Assembly: GCA_964635635.1 (NCBI GenBank)
Contig: CAZWPE010000002.1
Span: 22,312-86,311, forward strand
Reading direction: 5' to 3'
DNA: 64,000 bases
Origin: an uncultured Myxococcaceae bacterium
GTDB lineage: Bacteria > Myxococcota > UBA727 > JABDBI01
Shown: positions 55,010 through 64,000 of the stretch, in pieces
Position numbering within the stretch: position 1 is the stretch's first letter
Layout: every line of letters begins with the position of its first letter
The notes under the pieces: generated by a model
Seen by the model: the letters and a program-made list of their open reading frames with translations, nothing else
The model's database searches: none
What the model was told of the DNA's origin: nothing
Made by a program: the position numbers and the translations under genes

Positions 55010-55579
55010 ATGTTTAAAATAATCTTAACGATAATTTTTTTGGTCCCATTAGCAGCTTGTCCAAAGACCCCATCAGGTTTTGGGGAACATCAAGATTCAG
55101 CTTCTTCGGAAGAGCCGATTAAAGAGCCTGTCAAACAAAAGGATGATGTTGATTCCCAGGGTGAGACCCCTTGGCCTGAGACAACTCCTTGGCCTGAGAC
55201 AACACCTCGTTGGGAAATGTGGATTCACTTCAAACAGGGTCAGCAGACTAAAATCCCTAGCGAAGAGCTCGAGCTTGCTTTGTTGTTGAATGCCCACCGA
55301 ACCATGGATGCACATTTAGACACGACTCAGAAAAGCGAAGCCCTAGAAAGAGCTAAGTTGGTTGTTCAGCAGATTTGTGAGCGTTTTGGCAGTTGGTTTT
55401 CGGGTAGTTGCAGTGTGATTTTCAATCGCTTAGAAGAGTTTAAAGCGCCTAAGGCACTGGAAAATACTAAAAAAGAAGTTTTGGAAGCTGAGAATGAGGA
55501 ATACAACAGCATATACTATAATATGGAAGTGTTTAGTGCAGACCATGCTCAAAGAGCACTCGATAGGCTTGCTCATTAA
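55010..55579 (+). CDS. Hypothetical lipoprotein with an ETTPWP tandem repeat
   Basis: Signal + LAAC lipobox. 21-nt tandem repeat encoding ETTPWPETTPWPETTP. Confidence 0.45.
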   Translation: MFKIILTIIFLVPLAACPKTPSGFGEHQDSASSEEPIKEPVKQKDDVDSQGETPWPETTPWPETTPRWEMWIHFKQGQQTKIPSEELELALLLNAHRTMDAHLDTTQKSEALERAKLVVQQICERFGSWFSGSCSVIFNRLEEFKAPKALENTKKEVLEAENEEYNSIYYNMEVFSADHAQRALDRLAH

Positions 55580-56223
55580 GTGGATGACAGTGCTAACCTA
55601 ATCCGATCATTCGGCATCTTATTCACGATCTTGTTGACTAAAAACCCGAGGGCTGCGGTTGGCAGCTCTTCTGGTTTGAAAAGCGTTGATTTGACCGTGG
55701 CCAAGACGCTAGGCTTATCGTTAGCAGAATCAAGCGTGACAGTGATGTCGGCAGAAGAACTGGCAGCTTCAAAAATGGTTTGCAAGGCGAGTTCAGCCTG
55801 AGCGCGCTTTTCTTCTGGCGTGCTGGTTAAAGTAAATTCCGCATTGCCCTCATCGTCAAAATCAAACAGGCGCTTCAAACGTTTGTCGTTCTTGTCTTGT
55901 TTGTCGGCAGGCTTTTCTGCTTGTTGAGCAGGCTGCTCTACGGGGATCAAATGGCTGAGTCCTGCGACCACGGGGTTAACACCACCGATAATATAACGAC
56001 CCATGCGTTGATGTGGAGCCTGCTCACTCTTTTTACGATAGGCGCTATTGAGCTGATGCGTTGGGGCGGAATCAATCGAGTTTCCTAGGTTGTCAGGGAT
56101 TTCATAAGCACGTTCTTCGCTGCTGATGTAATTTCCAATGCCATCATGAGGAATCTGAATTTCTTTTTGAGATTTGCGATTACCTACGCCATCTCCGGAA
56201 TCTAGACCATAAAAATTTCTCAT
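55576..56223 (-). CDS. Hypothetical protein downstream of yidC (the position where Jag/KhpB usually sits; homology not established)
   Basis: Synteny only. No clear KH/R3H motif seen. Confidence 0.3.
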   Translation of the reverse strand: MRNFYGLDSGDGVGNRKSQKEIQIPHDGIGNYISSEERAYEIPDNLGNSIDSAPTHQLNSAYRKKSEQAPHQRMGRYIIGGVNPVVAGLSHLIPVEQPAQQAEKPADKQDKNDKRLKRLFDFDDEGNAEFTLTSTPEEKRAQAELALQTIFEAASSSADITVTLDSANDKPSVLATVKSTLFKPEELPTAALGFLVNKIVNKMPNDRIRLALSST

Positions 56224-56226
56224 GAA

Positions 56227-57774
56227 CTAAGCCTCATAACGTTGCTTGATATACACCTGCTGAGCAATGGTAAGCAGGTTATTGACCAGCATATAGATCG
56301 AAAGCCCAGCTGGCAAGTTCAGCATAATGAAAGTCAAAAATAGGGGCATAAACCACAAGACATATTTCATTTGAGGCTGAGAATCATCAATCGCTGGAGG
56401 CATGATCCACTGGCTTGCAAGCATGCTGACACCCATCAAAATTGGCATGACATAGTAGGGGTCTGGCTGGGTCAAGTTGGAAATCCAACCATAGAAAGGC
56501 TGTTCAAAAAGCTCTACAGAGTTGCCCAGCATTTGGTACAGGGCAAACCAAACCGGCATCTGAATCAAGATAGGCAAGCAGCCCGCCATGGGGTTAATAC
56601 CCTCTTCTTTGTAGAAAGCCATTTGCTGTTGAGCAAGCATTGCCTTGTCATGGCTGTATTTGGTTTGCAGCTCTTTCAGCTTGGGCTGAATCTTCTTCAT
56701 TTGCTGTTGTGCTTTAAAAGACTTGTTCGTTAGCGGGAAAGTCAGCAGCTTGATAAACACCGTGAGCAAAATGATAGCAATGCCGAGATTACCCACAAAT
56801 CCGTTAATTTTAAGCAAAAGCCACAACAAAGGCCGGCTCAACACACCAAACCAGCCGTAGTCGATATTTTCGACGATCCCATGACCAGCCTCTGTGAGTA
56901 GGGCAGAATCTTTGGGGCCGATATAGGCATCAAAAGTGAAGATTTTCGAAGCGCCTGGTTGCAGAATAAATGTTGGTGCTCGGAGACTGATTTCCAGAGA
57001 CTTATCCTTTTCAATCGTGTCCGTTTTGGCTGTAAGCGACTCAAACTGAATATCGCTGTTTGGGGCAAAGCTCATGAAAAAATAACGGCGGTCAAAGCCA
57101 ACATACTGTGGACTGCCGGCGAAGCTTTGAGCTTTTTCGACCAGGTCAGCAAAGGGGATTCTTGTGTGTTTGTCGCCAATTCTAAAAGAAGCGGCCAGCT
57201 GTTCTTCTTTGGAAATAGCTGCTTCGCGTGTTTCAAATACCCAGTTGAGTGAAAGTGCCTGCGGAGCAGAACCCTGATTCTTGAACTCAACGCTTTGGCC
57301 AATCACGAATGGCTTTGAAGCAAAATCGTAGCGTCTCGTCACCGAGATGCCTTCATGCGTTACTTTCTGGAAAACCACTTCTTGAGCATCAGATTTGACC
57401 AGATTGAATCTAGTTTTCCCTGAGAGATTCAATGACGAATCTCTGGATTCAACAAGCCAATGAGGTGTTAACACGATAGGAGCTTGATACCCTGTGAGTG
57501 ACAAATTCGTGATTTGTGCGCCTTCACTTGATACGGTCACATCGTAGCCTTGTTCATGAAGCGTTCGAGTGATGAGCGGCAATGAAGTCTCAGGTTCAGG
57601 AGCTTTGCTTGGAGCTGGTGGCTGAATTGGAGCAGTGGCCACAGGTTCAGTTTGTACAGGCTTTGGTTTGCTGCCAGGTTTTGGAGCAAATAAGGCGTTA
57701 TAGCCCATGAGCAATGCAGTCATCAAAAAGACGGCCAACAGAAGGCGCTTAAAATCTGGAGTTTCTGGATTCAT
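56227..57774 (-). CDS. yidC: Membrane protein insertase YidC
   Basis: N-terminal TM, large periplasmic domain, C-terminal five-TM core with the conserved YidC pattern. 515 aa. Confidence 0.85.
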   Translation of the reverse strand: MNPETPDFKRLLLAVFLMTALLMGYNALFAPKPGSKPKPVQTEPVATAPIQPPAPSKAPEPETSLPLITRTLHEQGYDVTVSSEGAQITNLSLTGYQAPIVLTPHWLVESRDSSLNLSGKTRFNLVKSDAQEVVFQKVTHEGISVTRRYDFASKPFVIGQSVEFKNQGSAPQALSLNWVFETREAAISKEEQLAASFRIGDKHTRIPFADLVEKAQSFAGSPQYVGFDRRYFFMSFAPNSDIQFESLTAKTDTIEKDKSLEISLRAPTFILQPGASKIFTFDAYIGPKDSALLTEAGHGIVENIDYGWFGVLSRPLLWLLLKINGFVGNLGIAIILLTVFIKLLTFPLTNKSFKAQQQMKKIQPKLKELQTKYSHDKAMLAQQQMAFYKEEGINPMAGCLPILIQMPVWFALYQMLGNSVELFEQPFYGWISNLTQPDPYYVMPILMGVSMLASQWIMPPAIDDSQPQMKYVLWFMPLFLTFIMLNLPAGLSIYMLVNNLLTIAQQVYIKQRYEA

Positions 57775-57825
57775 TGGTGAGCCTCAAATGCCGTAAGCTG
57801 TGGTTATTGGCAAGGGAGTTATACT

Positions 57826-57935
57826 GTATTTACCCTCTCCCTCTGGGGGAGGGAGATTTTGGCTCGCCAAAATCGGGAGGGGGTCCGTATTAAAGGAAGT
57901 GAACCCTCCCCCAGAGGGAGAGGGTAATTTGGTTA
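57826..57935. repeat. Intergenic compound inverted repeat: 23-bp arms CCCTCTCCCTCTGGGGGAGGGAG / complement, plus an inner TTTTGG-ctcg-CCAAAA hairpin
   Basis: Seen in sequence between divergent yidC and uppP. Shares the GGGGGAGGGAGATTTT motif with the intragenic elements. Confidence 0.55.
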
Positions 57936-57956
57936 TATATGTGTTATCCATAAGCC

Positions 57957-58766
57957 ATGGAACTGACTTTTCTTCAGGTGGCTTTGTTGGCTATTGTGCA
58001 GGGTGCTGCCGAACTTTTGCCTGTTTCGAGCTCGGCACATGTGATTTTGGCAGAGCGCCTCATGGGCATAGACCCAACGACACCAGAGATGACCTTTTTA
58101 TTAGTAATGCTTCACACGGGAACGATGTTCGCTGTGCTTTTGTATTTCTGGAAGCGCTGGATTACGTTGAGCCTCGATTTTTTCAAATGGGTGATTGCAG
58201 CAACGGCTGTGACGGGCTTTGTAGGCTTGGGGCTCAAGTTTGGGATTGAGCATTTGATTGGTGCTGAACTTGAGACGTTATTTGGCAATTTAAGACTGAT
58301 TGCGTGTGCTCTGTTTGCAGTGGGTATTTTTATTATTGTTGCGGACTTTATTTCTGCAGCGAAGAAGTTAAAAGAGGGTGACCACGAACTAACGCTGCGA
58401 AGTGCTTTGTGGATAGGTTTGGTTCAAGCACTTTGTTTGCCTATTAGAGGCTTTTCAAGATCAGGTGCTACAATCTCCACAGGGTTAGTGTTGGGTGTTT
58501 CACGCCAGAGAGCGGAAGATTTTAGTTTTGCCCTTGCGGTTGCTGTCACTCCCCCAGTGATTTTACATGAACTTAAGAGGCTCGTCGAGCATCACGAAGA
58601 GAACTGGATGCATCATGTAACGCCAGGACTTTTGGGGATGTGTTTGAGTTTTGGGGCCGGTTTGCTGGCTCTGCGTTGGCTTTCTAGTTGGCTTGAGCAA
58701 GGACGCTGGAAGTTATTTGGTATTTATTGCTTGATGTTTGCAGCACTGATAGCGTTTGTGGGTTAG
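57957..58766 (+). CDS. uppP: Undecaprenyl-diphosphatase
   Basis: BacA/UppP motifs: VSSSAHV and RSGATISTGL (PGxSRSGxTI-type). 269 aa, eight TM helices. Confidence 0.85.
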   Translation: MELTFLQVALLAIVQGAAELLPVSSSAHVILAERLMGIDPTTPEMTFLLVMLHTGTMFAVLLYFWKRWITLSLDFFKWVIAATAVTGFVGLGLKFGIEHLIGAELETLFGNLRLIACALFAVGIFIIVADFISAAKKLKEGDHELTLRSALWIGLVQALCLPIRGFSRSGATISTGLVLGVSRQRAEDFSFALAVAVTPPVILHELKRLVEHHEENWMHHVTPGLLGMCLSFGAGLLALRWLSSWLEQGRWKLFGIYCLMFAALIAFVG

Positions 58767-59236
58767 GTACCTATTTCAGTTCTCATGAGCTTGCCGTTCA
58801 TGCAAGCATGGCGGGCTTCCATTTTGATTTTAAGTGATTTGGGTTCTAACGCAGTAAAGCAGGTGTTCCAAATTTGAGCTGTGAGAGCTTCCTGCAGCGT
58901 GAGCCTTCTTGCATGGGCATGAATCACCGACTCTAAAGTCATGGCATCGATCCAGTATTGTCCGGGCTGGTAGTTGAGTGAGACTGTGCCCATGAATGGC
59001 AAGAAAGTATGTTCACAGAACGATACAAAAGCAATCTCAGGTATTTCGATAGAACCAGTGTATTCGAAATTGGCGGGTTGTCTAGCTTTGACAAGGAGTT
59101 GATAGGGGTTCGTATGATATCCCGCTAAAAGGTTCGTGAAGGCTTTTGCTGAACGGGCAGGGGTTTCACTCAGCTGATTGCTTACACGAGGGTCTTGGGT
59201 ATGAGAGAGCAGTTGATTAAATAGTGATTCAATCAT
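58763..59236 (-). CDS. GTP cyclohydrolase I (FolE)-family protein, short variant with CEHT in place of CEHH
   Basis: SFCEHTFLPFMGTVSLNYQP and RLTLQEALTAQI ... EARHACM align to the FolE zinc-site regions. 157 aa. Confidence 0.55.
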   Translation of the reverse strand: MIESLFNQLLSHTQDPRVSNQLSETPARSAKAFTNLLAGYHTNPYQLLVKARQPANFEYTGSIEIPEIAFVSFCEHTFLPFMGTVSLNYQPGQYWIDAMTLESVIHAHARRLTLQEALTAQIWNTCFTALEPKSLKIKMEARHACMNGKLMRTEIGT

Positions 59237-59302
59237 AGCTCTCAGCTAGCAGCCCTGCGCCGCATTGACAATCTCGGGCCATAAGGAAAAAATACCTCCA
59301 CT

Positions 59303-59668
59303 TTGAATCCAATACGTTTTGAACATATCCCTGAAGTTGGTCTAGAAAAACAGCACACATTCTCCAAAGAGAAGCTGTCTGAGATGCTTTTTGAAGAGGG
59401 CCGAGAGCTCTTTTATAGGGCGCTTGAGCCATCTGTGGTTTCATTCAGGCTCGAACGAAAGAATCGCGATGTCATGGTGACTGGTTCAGGCAACTTCACA
59501 CTAACTCATCCCTGTGTCAGGTGCCTGGAAGATATGACAGTTTCCATGAAGCTCGATTTCGAATCTGAGCTTGAGAAGCCAGACGAAATAGATTTGCAGG
59601 AATTACTTCGTGAAGAGTTGTTTTTAGAACTTCCTTTATATCCTGCATGTGAGCCATCTTGCTCATGA
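59303..59668 (+). CDS. yceD: YceD/DUF177-family protein
   Basis: CVRCL motif and C-terminal LELPLYPACEPSC. The true start may lie upstream at a non-ATG codon. Confidence 0.6.
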   Translation: MNPIRFEHIPEVGLEKQHTFSKEKLSEMLFEEGRELFYRALEPSVVSFRLERKNRDVMVTGSGNFTLTHPCVRCLEDMTVSMKLDFESELEKPDEIDLQELLREELFLELPLYPACEPSCS

Positions 59669-60486
59669 AAAACTGGGTTTTGGCGACGCGACCAAAAACT
59701 TTACTGGTTTCAGTGGCGCCGGTTTTGGTGGGGTGTTCCTATGCTTGGCAAGAAGGCATGTTTGACGCTTTGATTGCCCTGATTACGTTGTTAACAGCGT
59801 TGATGATTCAGATTGGTACTAATCTGTGTAATGACTATTTTGATCATCAAAAAGGTGCTGATACGCTGGAAAGAGTAGGCCCTGTGCGAGTGACGCAAGC
59901 TGGGTTAATTTCGCCTCAGCATGTCAAATATGCATTTATAGCTGTGTTCGGGTTTGCAGCTGTGTTGGGTGTCATGTTGGCACTTCGGGGTGGTTGGCCG
60001 ATTGTGTTGATCGGTATTGCCTCTTTGATTTCGGGTGTGATTTATACAGCTGGGCCTTATGCTTTGGCTTATGTTGGGCTCGGCGAAGTTTTTGTGCTCA
60101 TATTTTTTGGGCCTGTGGCAGTGTTGGGGACTTACTATTTGCAAACACTTCACTGGGCGTTTGAACCAGCAATCACTGGGATTGCATTAGGTCTTTTGGC
60201 CTGCGCAATTTTGGTAGTGAATAATATTCGTGATGTCCAGCAAGATCAAAAAGCAGGCAAAAGAACTTTGGTGGTCCGATTTGGCAAGAACTTTGGCCAG
60301 CTGGAATATCTATTTTGTTTGCTAATGCCTGCTTTGATTGCTTTTTGGTTGAAAGCTTATTTTAGTAGTCTTTTGGTTTTGGTCGCGTTTTTATTTATGC
60401 GAAAAAGCAGTTTGGAAAAATTGTTGCCACAGACGGCGACATTGCTTTTCGTGTATGCGTTGCTTTTCTCTTTTGCTCGTCTATAA
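59659..60486 (+). CDS. menA: 1,4-dihydroxy-2-naphthoate polyprenyltransferase (UbiA superfamily)
   Basis: NDYFDHQKGAD Asp-rich motif. Second motif NNIRDVQQD. 275 aa, multiple TM helices. Confidence 0.7.
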   Translation: MLMKNWVLATRPKTLLVSVAPVLVGCSYAWQEGMFDALIALITLLTALMIQIGTNLCNDYFDHQKGADTLERVGPVRVTQAGLISPQHVKYAFIAVFGFAAVLGVMLALRGGWPIVLIGIASLISGVIYTAGPYALAYVGLGEVFVLIFFGPVAVLGTYYLQTLHWAFEPAITGIALGLLACAILVVNNIRDVQQDQKAGKRTLVVRFGKNFGQLEYLFCLLMPALIAFWLKAYFSSLLVLVAFLFMRKSSLEKLLPQTATLLFVYALLFSFARL

Positions 60487-60512
60487 AGACGGCATAAGGA
60501 GAAATACTAATC

Positions 60513-60890
60513 ATGAAACGACTCTTCCCGGTAATTTTCTTGGCTTCTTTTGCTGTTTTTGCAGATGATGTTGAGGCCCAACCTGCACCAGAGGCTCTGG
60601 AGTCTGTTCAAGAAGCTCAGCCTGAGATCCCTGAACATGTTCAACCTATTGAAATGGCAAGCCACCAAGATGCTGGCTCTGTCTTGAATGGAATCCTGGA
60701 GCATGCGAGCCAACTGGGTGCTCTATTGAACAAGGCCTACAAAGCCACTGGTCTGTCAAAGTATATATCGACAGAAAATGTTGTGGTTGCAAGTTTGGCT
60801 GGCCTCGTAATTATAGTTGGGTATAAAAAACTTAAAACGTACCAGGCTCATAAAGCAGGTGCTGGTTCTGACGACAAAAAGAAAGACTAA
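60513..60890 (+). CDS. Small secreted hypothetical protein
   Basis: Signal peptide (VIFLASFAVFA) and C-terminal hydrophobic segment. Confidence 0.4.
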   Translation: MKRLFPVIFLASFAVFADDVEAQPAPEALESVQEAQPEIPEHVQPIEMASHQDAGSVLNGILEHASQLGALLNKAYKATGLSKYISTENVVVASLAGLVIIVGYKKLKTYQAHKAGAGSDDKKKD

Positions 60891-60892
60891 AG

Positions 60893-63800
60893 CTACTGCA
60901 AAAACGCTTCCTGGCTACCAGGCCCAACGGCAGTGTTTTCTTTGACCTTCACATTGACTGTCTTAGAAATGCCGGCTTGCTCCATGGTAACTCCATAGAG
61001 CTGGTCGGCTTTTTCCATGGTTCGCTTGTTGTGCGTAATCACAATAAACTGTGAAATCTTGGACATCTCAGCCACCATTTGGCTAAATCGGTCTACGTTT
61101 GCTTCATCTAATGGCGCATCGACTTCGTCTAGCAGACAGAATGGTGATGGCTTGATTAAGAAGATGGAGAAGATTAAGCTTGTGGCCGTCAGGGCTTTTT
61201 CACCGCCGCTCATCAGAGCAATAGACCCGAGCTTTTTGCCAGGGGGCTGAGCGAAGATCTCAACGCCTGTGCCCAGCATATCTTCAGGATTGGTCAGCTC
61301 TAGCCAAGCTTTTCCGCCTCTAAATAGGCGAGGGAAGACTTGCGAGAATTTGTCGTTGATGGCGTTAAATGCTTCTTCAAAACGCTGTTTGGTGGTTTCG
61401 TTAATTTTTTGAATCGCTGCTTCAAGCTGACCCAATGCATTGGCCAAGTCCCCACTTTGGGAGCTTAAGAAGGCATAACGTTTCTGAAGCTCTTCAAACT
61501 CTTCAATGGCGCCCTGATTAATAGGTCCAAGGCGCTCAAGTTGGTGGCTGAGGGTGCGGATTGACTCACTCACATGATCTGCATCAAACGCCAAGTGATG
61601 GAAGTCGGTGAGAATTTCAGCGGGACGAACACGGTATTTTTCAAACAGACGTTCATGAAGTGTTTCAAGAGCAAGCTCTGTTTCACGGATTTCAAGTTGG
61701 AGCTTCGAGTTTTCTTGGTGAAGAGTCTCGATTTTTTTGCGTTGCTGGCTGATGGCAGCTTCTAAATTCGCAATAAGCTCTTTTTGATCTTGAACCGATT
61801 GGTATTCGTTTTGACGATTCACTTTGAGTTGCAAAAGCTCTTTTTCGGCTTGGATAATCTTTTGAACGGCGACTTTTTCTTGAGCTGCCAAAGCAATTTC
61901 ATCTTCAGCAAGGTCTTTGGATTGTAGTTCAAGATTCGCGATCTGAGCCCGGATGTCTTTAAGATTTTGCTCAATCTGGGCCTGGGAACGTGAGATGTGA
62001 TCTAGGCGTTCTTTGCTGCCAGCAGCATCAATACGGGTTTTGGTGAAGGCTTCACTTTGAGCTTGATACTCAGTTTCGAACTGAGCCATGGCCTCTTGAT
62101 GGGCTTTCAAATCTAGCTCAAGTTTTTGGTGAATATCTAAAGCCAGGGCCCATTTTTCTTCAAGAGATTTAAACTGCTCATCGGAGTAGGCGGGGTTATT
62201 TCGTAGCCGCTCTTGCTCAGCTTGAATGCTGGATAAACGGTTTTGGAGATTTTTGTCTGCAGCATCTTTGGCTTTGAGAGCTTCTTCAAGGCGCGCCAAA
62301 TTCAGTGAAACAGCTTGATGTTCGCGGCTGAGCTGGTCAAGCTGCTCGCGCATAGAAGCCTGCTTTGTTGTGAGATCAGCAATCTCTGTTACCAGAGACT
62401 CAGCCTGGGTTGCGAGGTCTGCCAGTTCAGTCTCTAGTGAAGCAATTTCACGCTTTTTAGCCAAAATACCCGCACCTTTTTGACGCTCACCTGCCACGCA
62501 GGAGTGATCTAGATCAAAAAGTTCACCATCTTCGGTAATCAGAACAGTATCGTTTGCGCGGGCATTATCCCATTTTTTAAGCGCGTCTGCTCTGGAGGAG
62601 ACAATCTCGAATTTGAAGGGTTGCTTGTTCGCTACGAAACGAATGCGGCCTTGCTTGGAGAGCTCAAACCCTGTGTCTAGGTCGGGCAGAACATAAGCAT
62701 CCAGACGCTGTGCGCAGGCGTCCTCAACCAAGTTTTCAAAGGTTTGAGGAATATCCACATGTTCGCCAGCACGGCTGTATTTTGCATGTTCAGGCTGCTT
62801 GGGATCTTTGAGGGATTCAAGTAGTGCGCTGAGGCGGCCTTGTTTGGAGGCGATCTGGTTCGCAAACTCACGCTGAGCTTTATTTTTGAGGTCTAATTCG
62901 GCTGCGCAGGTTTTGAGCTGTGTTTGCAGGTCAGCAATCTGCGATGCAAAGTGGTGTTTGGAGGTATTCGCAGCTTCTATGTCTGCCTGGAGGGTTTGTT
63001 TTTGCGTGTCGCCCGTGGAGCGCTGTGACTCCAGGACACTGGCTTCTTGCTGCAGTGCTTGCTCGCGTTGACGTGCTTGTTCGCGGGCATTCGTTTTAGA
63101 GGTGATTTCAGCCTGTGCACTGCTGGCTTCACGGGAAGCCTGCATGATTTTGGATTGGATTTGGTTTTGCTCGCGGTAAAGCTCTGCTCGCTTGGCGGTT
63201 GCAGCAGTCATTTTATCTGAAGCTGCCTGTAAAATACTCTGTGCATTGGTATTGCCAGATTCGAGGTCTGTGCGCTGAGTGGCTAAAGATTCAGACTCGC
63301 GGTTGAGTTCAGCGAGACGTCCAGTCAGACGACCCGTTTCGTCACTGATGTGGCGGGCATGTTTTTGTTTGGACGCCAGCGTGGTTTGGGTAAACTGAAT
63401 ATCTTGGTTTGCTAGAGCAATCGTATTTTCAACTGTATTAATCAAACCTTGGGTGATGCTAAGAGCCTCTTCTTTGGATTCGAGGGTCTGTTTCTGAGAA
63501 GTAATGCCCGCTTCGTGGGAGCTTATCTCTTGTGTGTGAGTCTCAAGTAGGTTTGCTGTATTAGCTTTTTGTGCGCTTAAGAAATTTTGTAAGTTGCTAA
63601 ATTCAAAGAAGCGATTCGTCGCCTCATGGAGTTCGAGGTGCTTAATCTCTGTAATTAATTCTTTATGTTGTTTGGCTTTTTGAGCTTGTTTTTCAAGAGA
63701 AGAAAGTCGTTTTTCGACCTCAGTCGTGATGTCTTGGATGCGCAGTAGGTTTTGCTGGGTGCTTTCCATCTTGCGTTCAGCAGCAAGTTTGCGCATTTTG

Positions 63801-64000
63801 TATTTGGTAATACCGGCGGCTTCTTCAATAATTTGTCTTCGGTCTTCAGGTTTTGCTTGGACCAAACTTGAGACGCGACCTTGTTCAATAATTGAGTACG
63901 CTTTTGTTCCTACGCCGGTGCCCAAGAAGAATTCGGTGATATCGCGCAAGCGACAAGCGCGTTTGTTGATTTCATATTCAGAGTCGCCGTTTCGATATAA
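60893..64000 (-). CDS. smc: Chromosome partition protein SMC (5' end beyond the window)
   Basis: C-terminal ABC signature LSGGEKALTA and Walker B CLLDEVDAPLD. Long coiled coils. Frame stays open to the window edge (..LYRNGDSEYEINKRACRLRDITEF). Confidence 0.85.
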   Translation of the reverse strand, partial: LYRNGDSEYEINKRACRLRDITEFFLGTGVGTKAYSIIEQGRVSSLVQAKPEDRRQIIEEAAGITKYKMRKLAAERKMESTQQNLLRIQDITTEVEKRLSSLEKQAQKAKQHKELITEIKHLELHEATNRFFEFSNLQNFLSAQKANTANLLETHTQEISSHEAGITSQKQTLESKEEALSITQGLINTVENTIALANQDIQFTQTTLASKQKHARHISDETGRLTGRLAELNRESESLATQRTDLESGNTNAQSILQAASDKMTAATAKRAELYREQNQIQSKIMQASREASSAQAEITSKTNAREQARQREQALQQEASVLESQRSTGDTQKQTLQADIEAANTSKHHFASQIADLQTQLKTCAAELDLKNKAQREFANQIASKQGRLSALLESLKDPKQPEHAKYSRAGEHVDIPQTFENLVEDACAQRLDAYVLPDLDTGFELSKQGRIRFVANKQPFKFEIVSSRADALKKWDNARANDTVLITEDGELFDLDHSCVAGERQKGAGILAKKREIASLETELADLATQAESLVTEIADLTTKQASMREQLDQLSREHQAVSLNLARLEEALKAKDAADKNLQNRLSSIQAEQERLRNNPAYSDEQFKSLEEKWALALDIHQKLELDLKAHQEAMAQFETEYQAQSEAFTKTRIDAAGSKERLDHISRSQAQIEQNLKDIRAQIANLELQSKDLAEDEIALAAQEKVAVQKIIQAEKELLQLKVNRQNEYQSVQDQKELIANLEAAISQQRKKIETLHQENSKLQLEIRETELALETLHERLFEKYRVRPAEILTDFHHLAFDADHVSESIRTLSHQLERLGPINQGAIEEFEELQKRYAFLSSQSGDLANALGQLEAAIQKINETTKQRFEEAFNAINDKFSQVFPRLFRGGKAWLELTNPEDMLGTGVEIFAQPPGKKLGSIALMSGGEKALTATSLIFSIFLIKPSPFCLLDEVDAPLDEANVDRFSQMVAEMSKISQFIVITHNKRTMEKADQLYGVTMEQAGISKTVNVKVKENTAVGPGSQEAFLQ

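Noticed and set aside
57800-58249. 149-aa plus-strand ORF spanning the yidC/uppP intergenic repeat and the start of uppP
   Set aside because: Its N-terminal half is a translation of the G/C-tract inverted repeat (PSPSGGGRF...PPPEGEG). The rest is out of frame with uppP, whose own ORF has clear BacA motifs.
1-64000. CRISPR arrays, rRNA and tRNA genes
   Set aside because: No regularly spaced direct repeats and no tRNA-like T-arm/acceptor pattern found on reading. The single GATTTCGAATCC string near 16940 lies inside rsmD coding sequence with no cloverleaf context.

Overview
This is a 64-kb bacterial chromosomal window with dense coding on both strands and no rRNA, tRNA or CRISPR array that I could find. 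The gene content points to a Gram-negative, possibly Bdellovibrio-like predatory bacterium; that taxonomic guess is inference only, based on the type II secretion genes, an S1/P1 nuclease and an OMPLA phospholipase. The main features are: (1) a type II secretion pseudopilin/assembly cluster (gspJ, gspK, gspL, gspM, gspN-like), with gspK interrupted by a single in-frame TAG; (2) a translationally coupled minus-strand operon SulP transporter - DabA (DUF2309 with beta-CA-like CxDxR ... H-x15-C motifs) - DabB (NuoL/MnhA-like), a putative inorganic-carbon uptake module; (3) housekeeping genes hisS, metK, mfd, bamA, ribA, map, mreBCD-mrdA-rodA, pyk, skp, ctaB, greA, serB, pldA, yidC, uppP, menA and a partial smc; (4) an ABC peptide-type uptake locus (binding protein plus two permeases, no ATPase) in which the OppB-like permease carries a roughly 170-aa periplasmic insertion; (5) a 982-aa secreted protein with six ~45-aa tandem repeats, a coiled coil and a C-terminal globular domain, transcribed divergently from another secreted protein; (6) a BrnT/BrnA toxin-antitoxin pair behind a near-consensus sigma70 promoter that appears leaderless; (7) a ~1-kb AT-rich islet carrying a DUF1963-like gene, flanked by an imperfect 65-bp direct repeat that duplicates the 3' end of a SurA_N/PpiD-like gene; (8) a family of G/C-tract palindromic elements (AAATCCC ... 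CCCCCCTTTGAAAAAGGGGGG ... GGGATTT), two copies inserted in frame inside mfd and the OppB-like permease, with a related compound inverted repeat in the yidC/uppP intergenic region. All calls rest on reading the supplied translations and sequence; no database searches were run.
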